From: a virus | Taxonomy: Duplodnaviria; Caudoviricetes | Length of the DNA stretch: 25,725 nt | Reading direction: 5' to 3' (one strand) | Virus record (IMG/VR): IMGVR_UViG_3300030606_000042 | Span: 1 to 25,725 of that record | In this document: positions 24,465 through 25,725 of the stretch, piece after piece | Layout of the letters: each line of letters begins with the position of its first letter | How positions within the stretch are numbered: the stretch's first letter is position 1 | Program-made: the position numbers and the translations under genes | The notes under the pieces: model-generated | Databases searched by the model: none | What the model was told of the DNA's origin: nothing | What the model saw: only the letters and a program-made list of their open reading frames with translations

Positions 24465-25725
24465 ATGGCCGGGCTGAGGCTCGGGCTGGGCCTGGGTTTA
24501 GGCGCACGGCGTGCGCCGGGCCCGTCCGGGCCCACGGGGATCGTGCTGTCGCACGCGGAAATCGACGACGACGCCGCGGTCGGCGCCGTGGTCGGCACGC
24601 TGTTCATGGTCGGCGGCACTGAGCCCGCCAGCTTCACGCTCACGAGCAACCCGGACGACCTGTGGCAGATCGCCGGCGCCCAGCTGCAGGTCGCCGCCTC
24701 GCTCGCCGGCCGGGGCAACACGGAGGAATCGCCGATGGTCAGGGTCACCGATGCGCTGGGTTTCGAATTCGAGGCGGTGCTGCCGATCACCATCGCCGAG
24801 ACGGCGGGCGAGAATGATTCCGGCATTGGCGCCGGCGACGGCGACATCGAGACGCCCGACGAGGAGGATCCCGAGTTCGACGGCGGCGGCTTCGAGGCCG
24901 ATCCGATCCAGCAGGATACGGCGCAAGGGCTGAGGATCGTCGGCAAGAACGGCGGCTCGGCGACCTTCCTCAAGGACTGGGGCACGGCCGCGGCGGGTGG
25001 CGTCTACACCATGCGCTATGTGGCCGACTGGTCGCAGATGACCCGCCAGGGCCGCCAGGCGGCGGTCGGCTTCGCCTTCCGATCGGCCAACGACTTCCAC
25101 CTGGTGGCCTTGCGCGGCGACGGCGGCAACCCGGCGACCATGCGGGCCAGCCGGATTTTTGGCGATTTCCGCAAGTCGAACCAGTTCACGGTCACCGACG
25201 ACGGCGCCGCGGCGAACGGCAGCAAGGACGGCCCGAACTGGCTGCAGCTCGAGATCGCCGAGGCCGGCGATACCTATACGCTCAGGAGCTCGGCCGACGG
25301 CGAGACCTGGGCGGACGAGTACACCGACACGCTGCCGGCGCCGCTGGACGCCGCCACCGACGCGCTGCAGTTCGGGCCGGGCGGGTATTTCACCAACCAG
25401 GACAAGGGGGTGTTCTCGGTCACGATCACGTCATGGAGCGCGGGGGCGCAAGGCGCGGTCGTGGAATACCTGGGCGAGATCACGTCCGGCAGCAATGTTG
25501 ACATCGGCGCTGCCGCCGACGATGCCCTGATCGTTGTTTGCCCGGTCGCCATCCGGTCGAGTTCTGAATCCCGCGCCATCACCTCCGTGACGATCAATTC
25601 GGAGGCTGCGAGCCTCCACGTTCAGACTCCTTCCAACTCAACCACCAGCGCCACGGTCGGCATCGCGTCGCTTCTGGTGACGACGGGCGGCAGCATTCCG
25701 ATCAGTTGGACGACGGCGGGCGGCG
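24465..25725 (+). CDS. Multi-domain virion adhesin-like protein (cadherin-like plus ConA/lectin-like), 3' truncated by the window
   Basis: Missing from the ORF track because it has no stop. I translated it as open from ATG 24465 to the window end: MAGLRLGLGLGLG, PTGIVLS..IDDDAAVGAVVGTL..FTL..WQIAGAQLQV..VRVTD, then WLQLEI..GDTYTLRSSADGETW. Confidence 0.75.
   Translation, partial: MAGLRLGLGLGLGARRAPGPSGPTGIVLSHAEIDDDAAVGAVVGTLFMVGGTEPASFTLTSNPDDLWQIAGAQLQVAASLAGRGNTEESPMVRVTDALGFEFEAVLPITIAETAGENDSGIGAGDGDIETPDEEDPEFDGGGFEADPIQQDTAQGLRIVGKNGGSATFLKDWGTAAAGGVYTMRYVADWSQMTRQGRQAAVGFAFRSANDFHLVALRGDGGNPATMRASRIFGDFRKSNQFTVTDDGAAANGSKDGPNWLQLEIAEAGDTYTLRSSADGETWADEYTDTLPAPLDAATDALQFGPGGYFTNQDKGVFSVTITSWSAGAQGAVVEYLGEITSGSNVDIGAAADDALIVVCPVAIRSSSESRAITSVTINSEAASLHVQTPSNSTTSATVGIASLLVTTGGSIPISWTTAGG

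Noticed and set aside
21254-25725. Diversity-generating retroelement or invertible tail-fibre cassette
   Set aside because: No reverse transcriptase, invertase, or duplicated TR/VR-like segment visible in this window.

Overview
A GC-rich, entirely + strand late (virion morphogenesis) operon of a lambda-like siphophage or prophage, probably from an alphaproteobacterial host. Gene order: candidate cos site, terminase small and large (gpA-type) subunits, lambda-type portal, an unknown small ORF, gpW-like adaptor, S49 prohead protease with a nested scaffold start, decoration protein and gpE-type major capsid. A seven-gene enzyme cassette (8032-12857) follows, then the head-tail connector, tail terminator, tail tube, G/GT chaperones with a -1 slippery site, DUF6441-like protein, tape measure, distal tail/hub genes and several fibre or adhesin-like genes, the last running off the window. 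The standout feature is the cassette, whose genes overlap one another and the first neck gene. It encodes two Maf/sialyltransferase-fold proteins, a DxD GT-A glycosyltransferase, an FkbM methyltransferase, a PIG-L/LmbE deacetylase, a methyltransferase fused to an archaeal-type CTP-dependent riboflavin-kinase-like domain, and a miniature amino-methyltransferase. It looks like a phage-encoded glycan build-and-tailor pathway, possibly for virion glycosylation. A REP-like palindrome (CCCCGGA-TCAGG-TCCGGGG) is scattered through both intergenic and coding DNA. All family calls come from motif recognition by eye, not database searches.
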